From contig CBDATQ010000002.1 of assembly GCA_965199955.1 (NCBI GenBank), positions 800,001-864,000 of the forward strand: a stretch of 64,000 nucleotides of DNA, in the 5' to 3' direction. Below the pieces are notes generated by a model. It was given only the letters and a program-made list of their open reading frames with translations. It was not told where the DNA came from and searched no databases. Positions 28,420 to 37,924 of the stretch are shown in pieces (within the stretch, counting starts at the first letter, position 1; each line of letters starts with the position of its first letter). Position numbers and translations under genes: made by a program. Source of the DNA: Spirochaetia bacterium (GTDB lineage: Bacteria; Spirochaetota; Spirochaetia; SZUA-6; Bin103).

Positions 28420-29693
28420 TGCAGCAGCAGCCGTCGGCGCCGCAGCGCGTCGATACGGGCGGCAAGGAGCTCGACCGGCTCGTCCGGCTCCAGTCGGATG
28501 ATCGGCACGCCGGCCTCGGCGAGCTGGCGGGATGCGGTGTCGGTCTCCATGCGCCACAGCGGCACCGCCACGGCTTCGCCGGGTGTGGCGCCGTAGACGG
28601 GCGCCAGCGCCAGCGCGGGGTTGATCACCACGGCCGCCACGTCGAAGCGGCGGCTGGCCAGGTTGAGCAGGGTGTCGGTGAAGCGCACGTCGATCAGGGG
28701 AGTGAAGGCGGCGATCAGCGCCTGCGACGGCAGGATCTGGCGGGGCACCTTGGTGATGTCGCGGTCGACGTCGCTCTCGCGGGCGCGCACGTCGGTGAGG
28801 AACTCCAGGATCCGGTACTGCTGCCGGGTGCCCAGGTTGGGGCTCACCCAGCGCAGCAGGCCGGACAGCTCGATGCAGCCGACGCGGTTGTTGCCGGTCA
28901 GGAAGTAGCGCGCCAGCGACGCGACGATGCGGGTCGCCTGGTCGAGCACCGTGGAGCCGAACGCGCCGGCGTCCTCGAATGCATCCAGCAGCAGCACGAC
29001 GTCGGCGTTGCGCTCGCGCGTGTACTCGTTGACGTACATGCGGCCGTTGCGCTGCGTGGCGCGCCAGTTGACGGTGCGCAGCCGGTCGCCCGGCACGTAT
29101 TCACGCATGCTCGCGAACTCCAGACCCTCGGAGGCTTCGCGTGAGGGGTAGTTGCCAACGTTCACCTGCGTGTGGAATGGCCGGACCGGCCGGCTGACGG
29201 AGTCGACGCGCGGGTAGGCCGTGCAGATCTTGGGGTCGCTCCACTCCGCCTCCCACATGATCATGCCGGAGCCTGCGTAGGCGCGGTGGAACAGCCGCCC
29301 CTGCGTGAAACGGGACCGCCGGTCGATGCGCAGGCGGTAGCGGCAGGTCTCGGTCTGTCCGGGGCCGAGCGACACGATCACGCCGTTGCGGCCGGAAACC
29401 AGCGAGGCGCCGGCCGGCAGCGGATCGACCACCTCCGCGATCGGCACCGCGGTGCCGGCATGGACGGTGAATTCGACGTCCACCTCGTCCCCTTCGAACA
29501 GGGTGAGCCGGGAGATGCTGTGGCTGAAGCGCAGGCGCGGCTGGCGGTCGCCAAGCAGTGCTGCGACGATCGCCACCGCGAACGTGGTGCCGATCATCAC
29601 CAGCTCGATGCGCCGCAGCAACGCCGCGAACACCAGGCTGACCAGGGTCAGCGCCAGGTAGACGACGAAGCGGGAGCCGAAGTGCTTGGTCAC
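28416..29693 (-). CDS. DUF58 domain protein
   Basis: Two N-terminal TMs; GLEFASMREYVPGDRLRTVNWRATQR and VLLLD. Confidence 0.9.
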   Translation of the reverse strand: MTKHFGSRFVVYLALTLVSLVFAALLRRIELVMIGTTFAVAIVAALLGDRQPRLRFSHSISRLTLFEGDEVDVEFTVHAGTAVPIAEVVDPLPAGASLVSGRNGVIVSLGPGQTETCRYRLRIDRRSRFTQGRLFHRAYAGSGMIMWEAEWSDPKICTAYPRVDSVSRPVRPFHTQVNVGNYPSREASEGLEFASMREYVPGDRLRTVNWRATQRNGRMYVNEYTRERNADVVLLLDAFEDAGAFGSTVLDQATRIVASLARYFLTGNNRVGCIELSGLLRWVSPNLGTRQQYRILEFLTDVRARESDVDRDITKVPRQILPSQALIAAFTPLIDVRFTDTLLNLASRRFDVAAVVINPALALAPVYGATPGEAVAVPLWRMETDTASRQLAEAGVPIIRLEPDEPVELLAARIDALRRRRLLLQ

Positions 29694-29744
29694 CCTATGG
29701 CCCTGATCACCCTATGGTCCTGGTCACCCTATGATCCTGGTCAC
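29687..29744. repeat. 17-bp tandem repeat x3.4 filling the moxR-DUF58 intergenic space
   Basis: Units tggtcaccctatggccc, tgatcaccctatggtcc, tggtcaccctatgatcc and partial tggtcac. Confidence 0.95.
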
Positions 29745-30739
29745 GCTTCGGCTTGCGGTGTGGGCACCTCGTTCATCGCGTCGGTGACGATCGACTCGTC
29801 GGAGATGCCGCGGACCCAGTACTCCGGCTTCATCACGATGCGGTGAGCGAGGGCGACCACCGCCACGTCCTTGACGTCCTCCGGGGTCACGAAGTCGCGG
29901 TTGTTCAGGACCGCGTGCGCCCGCGCCAGCTTGAACAGCGCGTACACGCCGCGCGGCGAAGCGCCTACTTGCACCTTGGAGTCCTCGCGCGTGGCCCGCG
30001 TCAGGTCGACGATGTACTTGCCGATCGGCTCCGAGACGTGCACGTCCTCCAGCGCGAGCTGCATGGCCAGCAGCTCCTCGTGGGAGACGACCGGCGTCAG
30101 ATCGACCGTGTCCTCCTTGCGCTCCTGGCGCCGGCGCAGGATTTCGTACTCGTCGTCGGCGCTCGGGTAGCCGATGCTGGTGCGCATGATGAAGCGGTCG
30201 AGCTGCGCCTCCGGAAGCGGGTAGGTGCCCTCGAACTCGACCGGGTTCTGGGTGGCGATGACGACGAACGGCTTCTCCAGCGCGAAGCGCTCGCCTTCGA
30301 CGGTGACCTGCCGCTCCTGCATGGCCTCCAGCAGCGCCGACTGGGTCTTGGGCGTGGCCCGGTTGATCTCGTCGGCGAGCAGCAGGTTGGCGAACACCGG
30401 GCCCTTGCGGAACTCGAAGGCGGCATCGCGCTGGTTGTAGATGTAGCCGCCGGTGATCTCGCCCGGCAGCAGGTCCGGGGTGAACTGGATGCGCGTGAAG
30501 TGGATGTCCAGCACCTGCGCGAACGACTGCGCGATCATGGTCTTGGCCAGGCCGGGGAAGTCCTGCAGCAGGATGTGCCCGTCGGCCAGCAGTCCCATCA
30601 GGATCTGGCGCAGGACATCGTCCTTGCCGACGATGAAGCGCCCGACCTCCGCGACCGCCCGTTGCGTGGTCTCGCTGACCCGTCTCAGGTCCATGGACCC
30701 CGGCGTGGTGCCGCTGATCCGTCCAAACTCTGTGCTCAC
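29741..30739 (-). CDS. moxR: MoxR family AAA+ ATPase
   Basis: GHILLQDFPGLAKT, RIQFTPDLLP, ADEINRATPKTQSALLEAMQE, ATQNPVEFEGTYPLPEAQLDRF and GASPR. Confidence 0.95.
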   Translation of the reverse strand: MSTEFGRISGTTPGSMDLRRVSETTQRAVAEVGRFIVGKDDVLRQILMGLLADGHILLQDFPGLAKTMIAQSFAQVLDIHFTRIQFTPDLLPGEITGGYIYNQRDAAFEFRKGPVFANLLLADEINRATPKTQSALLEAMQERQVTVEGERFALEKPFVVIATQNPVEFEGTYPLPEAQLDRFIMRTSIGYPSADDEYEILRRRQERKEDTVDLTPVVSHEELLAMQLALEDVHVSEPIGKYIVDLTRATREDSKVQVGASPRGVYALFKLARAHAVLNNRDFVTPEDVKDVAVVALAHRIVMKPEYWVRGISDESIVTDAMNEVPTPQAEA

Positions 30740-30754
30740 TCGGTCACTCCTGTG

Positions 30755-31339
30755 TCACGTGATGTGCTCCGCATCCGCCTGGTCCAGCTCCTGTACCACG
30801 CCGGCGAGCTGCGCAAGCGGGACACCCCGCCGTGTCAGCCGTTCCGGCAGCCGATCGGCCAGCTTGTCGCCGGGCCGTCCGAGCGCTTCGATGCGGTCGA
30901 GGATGCGGCCGCGTTCGGCGGTGCTCACCAGATCGGACGCGACCGCCACGAGCCGGGGCAGGAACACGCGCCGGTAGTAGCGCTTGCTGGTCTGCGAGAG
31001 CTCGAGCTCCGCGGTGATCTTTGTCAACGGCGTCGGCACCGCGGGCTGGCCGCGCCGGGCGGCCTGCTCGCTCAGCACCCGTTCCAGCCGCGGGGCTTCG
31101 TGGAATGCCAGCTCGCTCTGCACCGAGCTCACGGCCACCACCGCGGCCAGCGAGGCGACCGCGGCGCCGATCGCGAGCATCACCTCGTCCAGGTCCTGCA
31201 CGCCGGAGGTGAAGGTCACCAGCAGCACCAGTCCGGCGGTGAGTGCCGCCAGGCCGACCGTGCTCAGCAGGCGCCGCGTACGGCTGCGTCCCGTCCGGCG
31301 GGCGCGGAACGCCGAAGGTCCCCAAGTGGAGCTGCTCAT
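30755..31339 (-). CDS. Two-TM hypothetical protein upstream of moxR
   Basis: Two hydrophobic helices followed by a soluble domain; stop lies 15 bp before the moxR start. Confidence 0.7.
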   Translation of the reverse strand: MSSSTWGPSAFRARRTGRSRTRRLLSTVGLAALTAGLVLLVTFTSGVQDLDEVMLAIGAAVASLAAVVAVSSVQSELAFHEAPRLERVLSEQAARRGQPAVPTPLTKITAELELSQTSKRYYRRVFLPRLVAVASDLVSTAERGRILDRIEALGRPGDKLADRLPERLTRRGVPLAQLAGVVQELDQADAEHIT

Positions 31340-31402
31340 CCGGGTTCGCAGGGTAGCACCGCGGGCGCGATGCGATAAAGCAATCTGCGGTAAGGTCGGC
31401 TC

Positions 31403-32941
31403 ATGACCGAGGGGCTGACCGGCATCGGGACGTACGCGTTCCGGCCCGGCGAGTGGCGGGACGACGGACAGGGGCGGGAGACGCTGCGCACGCGCGAGGC
31501 GCGCGCCGCGTGGAACCCGCTGATCGACTGGGAGGAGGTTCATCCGGGCAACCGGGGGGTCACCCGCGACGGCCGCTACGAGCTGTTCGACGCGCCGGTC
31601 GGGGTGCGCCTGGCGGTCGAGCCGGCCAGCAAGTCGGAGGCGCTGATCCGCTCCGACCCCGCGGTGGAGGGCGGCGGCGGGCTGCACAACGTGCTCGCCT
31701 GGCACGACGGCGACTACCACATCCTGTACGGCTCCTTCCCGCCGGACGGCAGCTCCGCGCTGCGCTACGCGCGCTCGCCCGACGGCTACCGCTTCAAGAA
31801 GACGCCGGTGGGCGGCAGGTCCGATAACGTCACCGGCGGACCGGCCCACTGCGGGATGTTCATCGACCCGACCGCCGAACCGGCCGAGCGCTTCAAGGCG
31901 ATGCGGATGGCCGGCGGCTACTTCGATCCCGACACGAACGAGCTGCTGCCGTCGGGCGAGTGGCAGAGACGCATGGCGGCGGCCGACTACGCGGGCGCCG
32001 GCTACGACGGTCCGCGCATCGTCAACCGCAACTGGCTGGAGGGGTGGACCTCTCCGGACGGGCTGCGGTGGACGGTGATCGACGAGCCGCTGGCCGACAT
32101 GCCGGCCGACGGCGGCATCGCGCCCGGCTACGACCCGGCGACCGGCTGCTACTTCGCCTTCGTGCGCCCCGGCGGCACCGGCCGCCGCAGCATCGGCATC
32201 ACCAGGACGACGGACTTCCGCCGCTGGCCGCTGTCACGGCTGGTCCTCACCGCCGATCCGCAGGACCCGCCGGACACCTCGTTCTACGGCATGTACTACT
32301 TCGCTTATCCCGGCCGGGCCGACCTGCACGCGGGCGTGGTGCAGGTCTACCACCAGATCGGCGACGACGGCGACGCGCAGCTCGCCTTCAGCCGCGACGG
32401 CCTGTACTGGACGCGGCCGGAGCGGCGGCCGGCCATCCCGGTCGGGCCGCCAGGCAGCGACGAGGCCGGCATCGCCTGGCCGTGGGGCGTGGGGCTGATC
32501 ACCCTGCCGGACGGCTGGTGGGCCGTGCCGTACGACGCCGGCTCCTGGCTGCACAACGCCGGCGACACGATGCCGCGCGCCAACGGCGTCATCCGCTGGG
32601 CGCGCTGGCGCCCGCACCGGCTGGCCGGCTTCGACGCGGCGACCGAGGGCCGCTTCACCATCCCCACGATCACCCGCTCGGGAGGCCCCCTGCGCCTCAA
32701 CTACCGCTGCCGTGCCGGCGGCTGGATCAGGGTCGAGCTGATCCGCTCGATTCCCTCCCGCTTGAACCCGGACGTGAGGGGCCTCGACGGCTACACGTTC
32801 GAGGCGTGCGATCCCCTCACCGGCGACGAGGCCGACCGCGCGGTGACCTGGAACGGCAACGGCGACCTGGACGCCGCCGGCTCGACGGTGGTGATCCGCA
32901 TCAGGATGTTCGCGGCCACGCTGTTCGCCTACCGGGTATGA
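31403..32941 (+). CDS. Uncharacterised glycosidase-like beta-propeller protein (paralog family with 45112 and 46580)
   Basis: Repeated S-x-D-G-x-x-W boxes, IDPTAEPAERFKAM and the shared C-terminal beta-sandwich pattern. Confidence 0.7.
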   Translation: MTEGLTGIGTYAFRPGEWRDDGQGRETLRTREARAAWNPLIDWEEVHPGNRGVTRDGRYELFDAPVGVRLAVEPASKSEALIRSDPAVEGGGGLHNVLAWHDGDYHILYGSFPPDGSSALRYARSPDGYRFKKTPVGGRSDNVTGGPAHCGMFIDPTAEPAERFKAMRMAGGYFDPDTNELLPSGEWQRRMAAADYAGAGYDGPRIVNRNWLEGWTSPDGLRWTVIDEPLADMPADGGIAPGYDPATGCYFAFVRPGGTGRRSIGITRTTDFRRWPLSRLVLTADPQDPPDTSFYGMYYFAYPGRADLHAGVVQVYHQIGDDGDAQLAFSRDGLYWTRPERRPAIPVGPPGSDEAGIAWPWGVGLITLPDGWWAVPYDAGSWLHNAGDTMPRANGVIRWARWRPHRLAGFDAATEGRFTIPTITRSGGPLRLNYRCRAGGWIRVELIRSIPSRLNPDVRGLDGYTFEACDPLTGDEADRAVTWNGNGDLDAAGSTVVIRIRMFAATLFAYRV

Positions 32942-34107
32942 GCCGCGTCCTGATCCGGCACGACGCACCCGAAGCCGCCGAGCTGCTCGCGGACGACCCC
33001 GACCTGCAGCCGACGCTGGCGCCGGGCGAGTTCGACGAGCGCTTCCTGGCGCTGCATCGGCAGCTCTTCCGCACCGGCGAACCGGACTTCTACGAGGTCA
33101 CCAGGCACGTCTACCGCCCGCCGGCGCCGTACCACATCGCCGATCACCAGTTCCTGTGGGACGGGAGCCGCTGGCACCTCTTGTACGTGACCGGCGACAT
33201 CAGCCGGATCGACGCCTACCGCCGGCACATGGAGGCGGGCCGGCTGGACGAGGCGGCGGCCGAGAGCCCGGAGGTCGGGATCGGCCATGCCAGGGGGGAC
33301 CGCCTCGGCGCGCTGGCCTTCCACCGCAACCTGCTGCTGCCGTCGCAGGGCGACTTCGACAAGGTGACGCGCGGCGTGCCGTTCTGCTTCCGCCACGAGG
33401 GACGCTGGGGGATGCTCTACGAGGTCCGCGGTGAGGGCGGCGACCATCAGAGCCTGGCGTGGTCGGACGACGTGGAGGAGTGGAGGCAGGATGACGACAA
33501 CCCCGCGTTCGGGCTGCCGTCGTGGGGGCCGGACCCGGGCGGAGCGGCGCAGGACGTCTGCGTGCTGCGCCGGCCCGGCGGGCTGTACCTGATCTTCTTC
33601 AAGTCGCGGGCTGGCGCCGGCCAGGTCGCCGTCGGCCTCAACGCCACCCGCGACTTCCGAACCTTCGTGGAGCTCGGGCCGGTGTTCCGAACGCCGCCGA
33701 TGCTGCGCGGCACCATCGGCCTCGAGTCGCCGTGCGTGATCGAGCGCGACGGCATGTGGCACCTGTTCTTCACGCTCGGGCCGGGAACGTGGCACGCGGT
33801 CAGCGACCGGCCGACCGGGTTCCTGCAGGGCGGCACCTACTGGCGCGTGGGGACCGGCAGCTACCTGCTGGGCCACTTCCACGCCGCCGAGGTGTTCAAC
33901 CGCGACGGCCGCTGGTTCCTGTCGACCACGCGCAAGGAGCAGTCGCGGCTGGAAAACCGCCGGCAGGGACGGCTCTGCTATCGGGGTACCTATGAGGACG
34001 AGATCGTCCTGGAGGAAGGGGTGTTCCTGACCGAAGTCGAGTGGGACGGCGATCAGCCGTTGTTGGCGAAACCCCACCTGGCCAAATCCGATCTGGAGGG
34101 CATATGA
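32938..34107 (+). CDS. GH32/GH43-like five-bladed beta-propeller protein
   Basis: ADHQFLWDGSRWHLLY, AQDVCV, LESPCVIERDGMWHLFF and FHAAEV; ATGA overlap. Confidence 0.65.
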   Translation: MSRVLIRHDAPEAAELLADDPDLQPTLAPGEFDERFLALHRQLFRTGEPDFYEVTRHVYRPPAPYHIADHQFLWDGSRWHLLYVTGDISRIDAYRRHMEAGRLDEAAAESPEVGIGHARGDRLGALAFHRNLLLPSQGDFDKVTRGVPFCFRHEGRWGMLYEVRGEGGDHQSLAWSDDVEEWRQDDDNPAFGLPSWGPDPGGAAQDVCVLRRPGGLYLIFFKSRAGAGQVAVGLNATRDFRTFVELGPVFRTPPMLRGTIGLESPCVIERDGMWHLFFTLGPGTWHAVSDRPTGFLQGGTYWRVGTGSYLLGHFHAAEVFNRDGRWFLSTTRKEQSRLENRRQGRLCYRGTYEDEIVLEEGVFLTEVEWDGDQPLLAKPHLAKSDLEGI

Positions 34108-34580
34108 GCACGGTGGCAACGGGCCTCTGGCACTTCAGCTACACGGTCCGCGACCTGGACCGCAGCATCGACTTCTACTGCCGGCTGATCGGCATGGAGC
34201 TCGTCCACCGGCAACGGGGCGCCAACCCTTACACGGCGCGCCTGGTGGCGTACGCGGATGCGGACATCGACGTGGCGATGCTGCGCATCCCCGACTGCCC
34301 GGTGGACGTGAGCGGCCACCACCTGGAGCTGGTGCAGTACCTCCATCCGGCCGGCGCGCCCATCGACACCGCCACCAACCGTCCGGGCGTCGCCCACATG
34401 GCGTTCATGGTCGACGATATCCACGCGATGTACGACCGGCTGATCGACGAGGGGGTGCGCTTCAAGGGCGAGCCGGTGGCGATCGAGGAGGGCCGCAACA
34501 CGGGTGGCTTCGCCGTCTACTTCAACGACTTCGACGGCATCCCGCTGGAACTGCTGCAGCCTCCGCCGCACGCACGGTGA
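34104..34580 (+). CDS. VOC (glyoxalase/bleomycin resistance) family protein
   Basis: WHFSYTVRDLDRSIDFY, LELVQY, AHMAFMVDD and YFNDFDGIPLELLQ. Confidence 0.9.
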   Translation: MSTVATGLWHFSYTVRDLDRSIDFYCRLIGMELVHRQRGANPYTARLVAYADADIDVAMLRIPDCPVDVSGHHLELVQYLHPAGAPIDTATNRPGVAHMAFMVDDIHAMYDRLIDEGVRFKGEPVAIEEGRNTGGFAVYFNDFDGIPLELLQPPPHAR

Positions 34581-34775
34581 GTTCCCGCCGGCTCCGAACC
34601 GCCCTGCTGGGAGCCCTGCCGGGCGACAGCGGGACGCCGCGACCGTGAGCGGCCGTCCGCGGGACCTGTACGCGGGCGCCGGCCGCGACGGCGTGATTCC
34701 GCCGGTCGAAGGGAGCCCGTCGCCGGCTGGCCGGCGGAATGGCAGCGGCAACTTCTCGATCTGATTGGCCTGTGG

Positions 34776-35093
34776 GTGAGCGTCATGCCGCCGGCGGCTG
34801 CCGAACGCAGGATGGCGGAGATCGAAGCGGAGCTGGCCGAAGTGCGCTTCGCGTGGAACGGACGGACCGACGGGTCGGGCTCCATCTACTACCGCATCCA
34901 GGGCCCGACGCTGCTCATCGAGTTCTCGACCCGTGGCTCGCTCGGCGCCGCGGGCGGTCACGCGGAAGCGGCGGAACAGAAGGGAGGTGACGCGGTCGTC
35001 GGAGTCTCCGTCGACTACGAAGCCTTCAGCCACGGCGAGATGACGCTCATGCGGATGGTCACGGCCACCGGGACTACGGTCTCCACCGACTGA
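34776..35093 (+). pseudogene. Chimeric remnant: DUF3500 C-terminal fragment fused to a YbjQ/UPF0145 C-terminal fragment
   Basis: FAWNG...YYRIQGPTLLIEF (DUF3500-like) followed by AEQKGGDAVVGVSVDYE...MVTATGTTV (YbjQ-like). Confidence 0.55.
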
Positions 35094-35179
35094 GCCAGAG
35101 AGCCTCCGAAAGGACCCGCGCGTCAAGTTCTGCGTCATATATCGAGACCTGCCTCCGGGAGATGGTGGGGAAACTTCGC

Positions 35180-35300
35180 CGTGTCGAGGACTACGCCGCC
35201 TGCTCTGCGCTGGTGGCGTATGCCTGGGTTCCGCTCGGAGGCCCTGCCGGGATTCGCCGGGCTCACGCCCGATCGGCTGGTGCGCGAGGGCAAGGCGATC
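35180..35300 (+). pseudogene. Frameshifted Xre/MbcA/ParS (DUF2384) antitoxin C-terminal fragment
   Basis: RVEDYAACSALVAYAW, one extra G at 35228, then FRSEALPGFAGLTPDRLVREGK. Confidence 0.6.
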
Positions 35301-35417
35301 GGGGACGATGCCCCGCGGCGACCGATGCCGACTGCCCTGTCCCGGATGGGAATGGGACATGCAGGGCGGATCGGTCCCGGCTTCTCAGGCGTCGGCCGAC
35401 CGGTTGTTCACGGCCCG

Positions 35418-36356
35418 TTACGTGGCAAGCCGTGCGGCAAAGTAGCGTCGCAGGTCGGGGTTCAGGTCGGCCGTGAGCGAATCGTCCCAGGAGTCCCGGT
35501 ACGTTGCCGTGAACCGCTCGAAGGTCTCGCGCGCTGTCGGGGTAGCGTCCTCGAGGTAAGTCGGATCGTCGAACCACGGCTGGTAGCTGGCGACGTAGCC
35601 GCCGAGCCCATTCATGTCCTCGCGCGTGGCGGGCCGCGGGCGCGACGCCGTCCCCCAGGTAACGGCGATGGTGCGGCGCCGCTTGCGCCGGCTGTAGAGG
35701 CCGCGGTGGATGGAGTTGACGTGGAAGAACGCCAGGTCGCCGGCCTGCAGCCGGATCGGCTCCCTGCCGGGCATGACGTCCGACCAGCAGTCGTTGACGC
35801 GCACCTCGTACTCCTCCGGAGTGTCCCAGCGGCTGTGGGAGCCGGGGACGATCTCGGTCGCTGCCGAGTCGCACAGGCAGATGTGCATGTGCACCTCCCG
35901 CGCCGGCACCGCCTCGCTCAGGATGATGCGCTCGGTGTCCGCGTCCGGACGCAGGTCGAACTTGTCGTACTGGCAGTCGCGGTGCCAGCCGCCCACCCAC
36001 GACTCCCGCGGCGGCTCGACGCAGAGGTTGCACTGCATGAACAGCGGCGGCTCGGCCAGGATCGCCGTGGCGATCGCGATCGCCTCCTCGCCTGCCACGG
36101 CGTTCAGAAGGGTTGCCGGGTCCGCCGGCCGCTCCTGGTGGTAGTCGGGGTGGTTGAGGTGAATGAGCATGCGCGCCCGGGCCGAGTAGTTGCGGCCGCT
36201 CGGCTGGTTGTCTTCGGTCCCCGTCGTGACGAAGCGGGCGAGCGCGCCCTCGCAGATCCGTCGCAGCTCGCGCACCTGACCGGCATACGCGCCGCGGACG
36301 ACCACGTACCCCTCCTCGGCAAAGCGGGCGCCGAGCGCGTCCGCATCGACAGACAT
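35418..36356 (-). CDS. PhyH family Fe(II)/2OG dioxygenase
   Basis: FAEEGYV, WHRD, IVPGSH and SIHRG. Confidence 0.85.
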   Translation of the reverse strand: MSVDADALGARFAEEGYVVVRGAYAGQVRELRRICEGALARFVTTGTEDNQPSGRNYSARARMLIHLNHPDYHQERPADPATLLNAVAGEEAIAIATAILAEPPLFMQCNLCVEPPRESWVGGWHRDCQYDKFDLRPDADTERIILSEAVPAREVHMHICLCDSAATEIVPGSHSRWDTPEEYEVRVNDCWSDVMPGREPIRLQAGDLAFFHVNSIHRGLYSRRKRRRTIAVTWGTASRPRPATREDMNGLGGYVASYQPWFDDPTYLEDATPTARETFERFTATYRDSWDDSLTADLNPDLRRYFAARLAT

Positions 36357-36363
36357 GGATGCG

Positions 36364-36801
36364 CTATGGGTGCCGGTGGTAGGTCAAGGTGACCGTGAAG
36401 CCCTCATCGATCTGCGATTCGAGCTCCAACTCGATGTCACTCTTGAATTCGTACGTGAGCCGGGAGGGAGCGAGCCTGCTGGAGTTGGGTGTCAGGATCA
36501 GAGTCCCGTCCTTGTAGTCATAGGTGCCGTGGATCTCGATGCGGACTCTTGCCGCGCCGCTTGCAGACTCGATGTAGATGTAGCTGTAGTCTCTCTCGAA
36601 CTCGTACTCGAGCGAGAGTCGGCCACCGCCAGTCAATGGGAACTCGGCATGCCACTCGCCCACGAAGGGATTCCGGGGCACGGAGCCCGAAACGTAGACC
36701 CGGCAGCCGGACAGCGAAGTCAGGGCAAGCAGCGTGGCGCATAGCGCCGCCAGAGCGACGACGCCGATCCGGGAGCGTCGCCTGCGACCGTGTGCGTTCA
36801 T
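36364..36801 (-). CDS. Putative lipoprotein with lipocalin-like beta domain
   Basis: GAGGAC RBS; Arg-rich n-region, h-region and LSGC lipobox; FVGEW...GTYDY. Confidence 0.65.
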   Translation of the reverse strand: MNAHGRRRRSRIGVVALAALCATLLALTSLSGCRVYVSGSVPRNPFVGEWHAEFPLTGGGRLSLEYEFERDYSYIYIESASGAARVRIEIHGTYDYKDGTLILTPNSSRLAPSRLTYEFKSDIELELESQIDEGFTVTLTYHRHP

Positions 36802-37122
36802 GTCCTCATGCTGATCAGCCATCGGCAGGGAGTCTATCCCGGCAGGCTTCTGCGTGCGAGAGGTGCACTGGCGCGGACCCTGCGGTGACGACTCATGCGG
36901 CGTGATCGGCTTGAGCGCGCGCATGCTCAAGCGCTCGTCCCACGGCCGCGACCGGAAGCTGTCTACGCTGCGGGCGTTCGTGGAGGAGTACCCGTGGACC
37001 GCGAGGGCAGTGGATCACCGGATCCGCCGAGCGTGACGTCGGCGGCGTCCGCATCGTGCCGTGGCAGAGCTCTCCTGGGCCGGCGAGATCGTCGCCTGAT
37101 CGCGTCGTGCTATCCTCGAGCG

Positions 37123-37467
37123 GTGAACCTGGACACGGCCAAGGCGATCTTCGCCCGTCACGGGGACAAGTTCATCACGGCCTACGTGTTCGGCTCGGTC
37201 GCGGCCGGCACGGCCGACGAGCATAGCGACATCGATGTCATTCTGGTGCGTGACACCGCGCTGCCGTTCTTCGATCGCGTCCGCGAGATCATGGATCTTC
37301 GACTCGAGTTGGGGGCGGCAGACCTGCTCATCTACAATCCCGCCGAGCTGAACGAGATGCTCGCGGAGGACGGCCGGCACTTCTTCAAGCATGCCGTCCA
37401 AACAGGACACCGAATTGAAGGAACCCAGCCGAGAAGCCGATCGGTGGCTCAAGCAAGCCGAGAGTGA
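37123..37467 (+). CDS. Minimal nucleotidyltransferase (MNT) domain protein
   Basis: AYVFGSVAAGTADEHSDIDV (GSx10DxD) and DLLIYNPAE. Confidence 0.88.
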   Translation: MNLDTAKAIFARHGDKFITAYVFGSVAAGTADEHSDIDVILVRDTALPFFDRVREIMDLRLELGAADLLIYNPAELNEMLAEDGRHFFKHAVQTGHRIEGTQPRSRSVAQASRE

Positions 37468-37891
37468 CCTCGCCTACGCCGAGCTCGGCCTGCGCGAGCG
37501 GTTCTTCGCGCAGGTGTGCTTCCAGTGCCAGCAGGTGTGCGAGAAAGCGATCAAGGCCCTTCGCTACGGGCGCGGTGAGCGAGCTGTTCTCGGTCACGCG
37601 CTGGTAGAGCTGGCGGCCCCGCTGGAGGTGATGGCAAGGTTCAGCGAGAATCTGGCGGTCCTTGATCAGTACTACGTGCCGACCAGGTATCCGAACGGAT
37701 TGCCGGGCGGCATTCCCGCCGACGTCTATACACGGTCCCAGGCGACGAAGGCGGTGGAAATCGCTCGCGAGGTCGTAGCGGCGGTGGGCGCGGAACTGGG
37801 ACCGGAAACAGACGATCGCGATGCGGGCGCGCCGTCGGACGGCGATGCGGAAGGCAGTCTCGATCGGTCAGAAGGTGACGCCGAAGCGTAG
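37415..37891 (+). CDS. HEPN domain protein
   Basis: WLKQAESDL, CFQCQQVCEKAIKA, GHAL and LDQYYVPTRYP. Alternative start at 37391. Confidence 0.88.
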   Translation: MKEPSREADRWLKQAESDLAYAELGLRERFFAQVCFQCQQVCEKAIKALRYGRGERAVLGHALVELAAPLEVMARFSENLAVLDQYYVPTRYPNGLPGGIPADVYTRSQATKAVEIAREVVAAVGAELGPETDDRDAGAPSDGDAEGSLDRSEGDAEA

Positions 37892-37924
37892 GTGTTCAAG
37901 CTCGGCACGTCGTGGATCGTCAGG

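Noticed and set aside
29687..29744. Possible mini-CRISPR array
   Set aside because: The units are contiguous 17-mers with no unique spacers, and there are no cas genes in the window.
36854..37036. Possible HTH antitoxin fragment (RDRKLSTLRAFVE)
   Set aside because: The similarity covers only a few residues and cannot be supported without a search.
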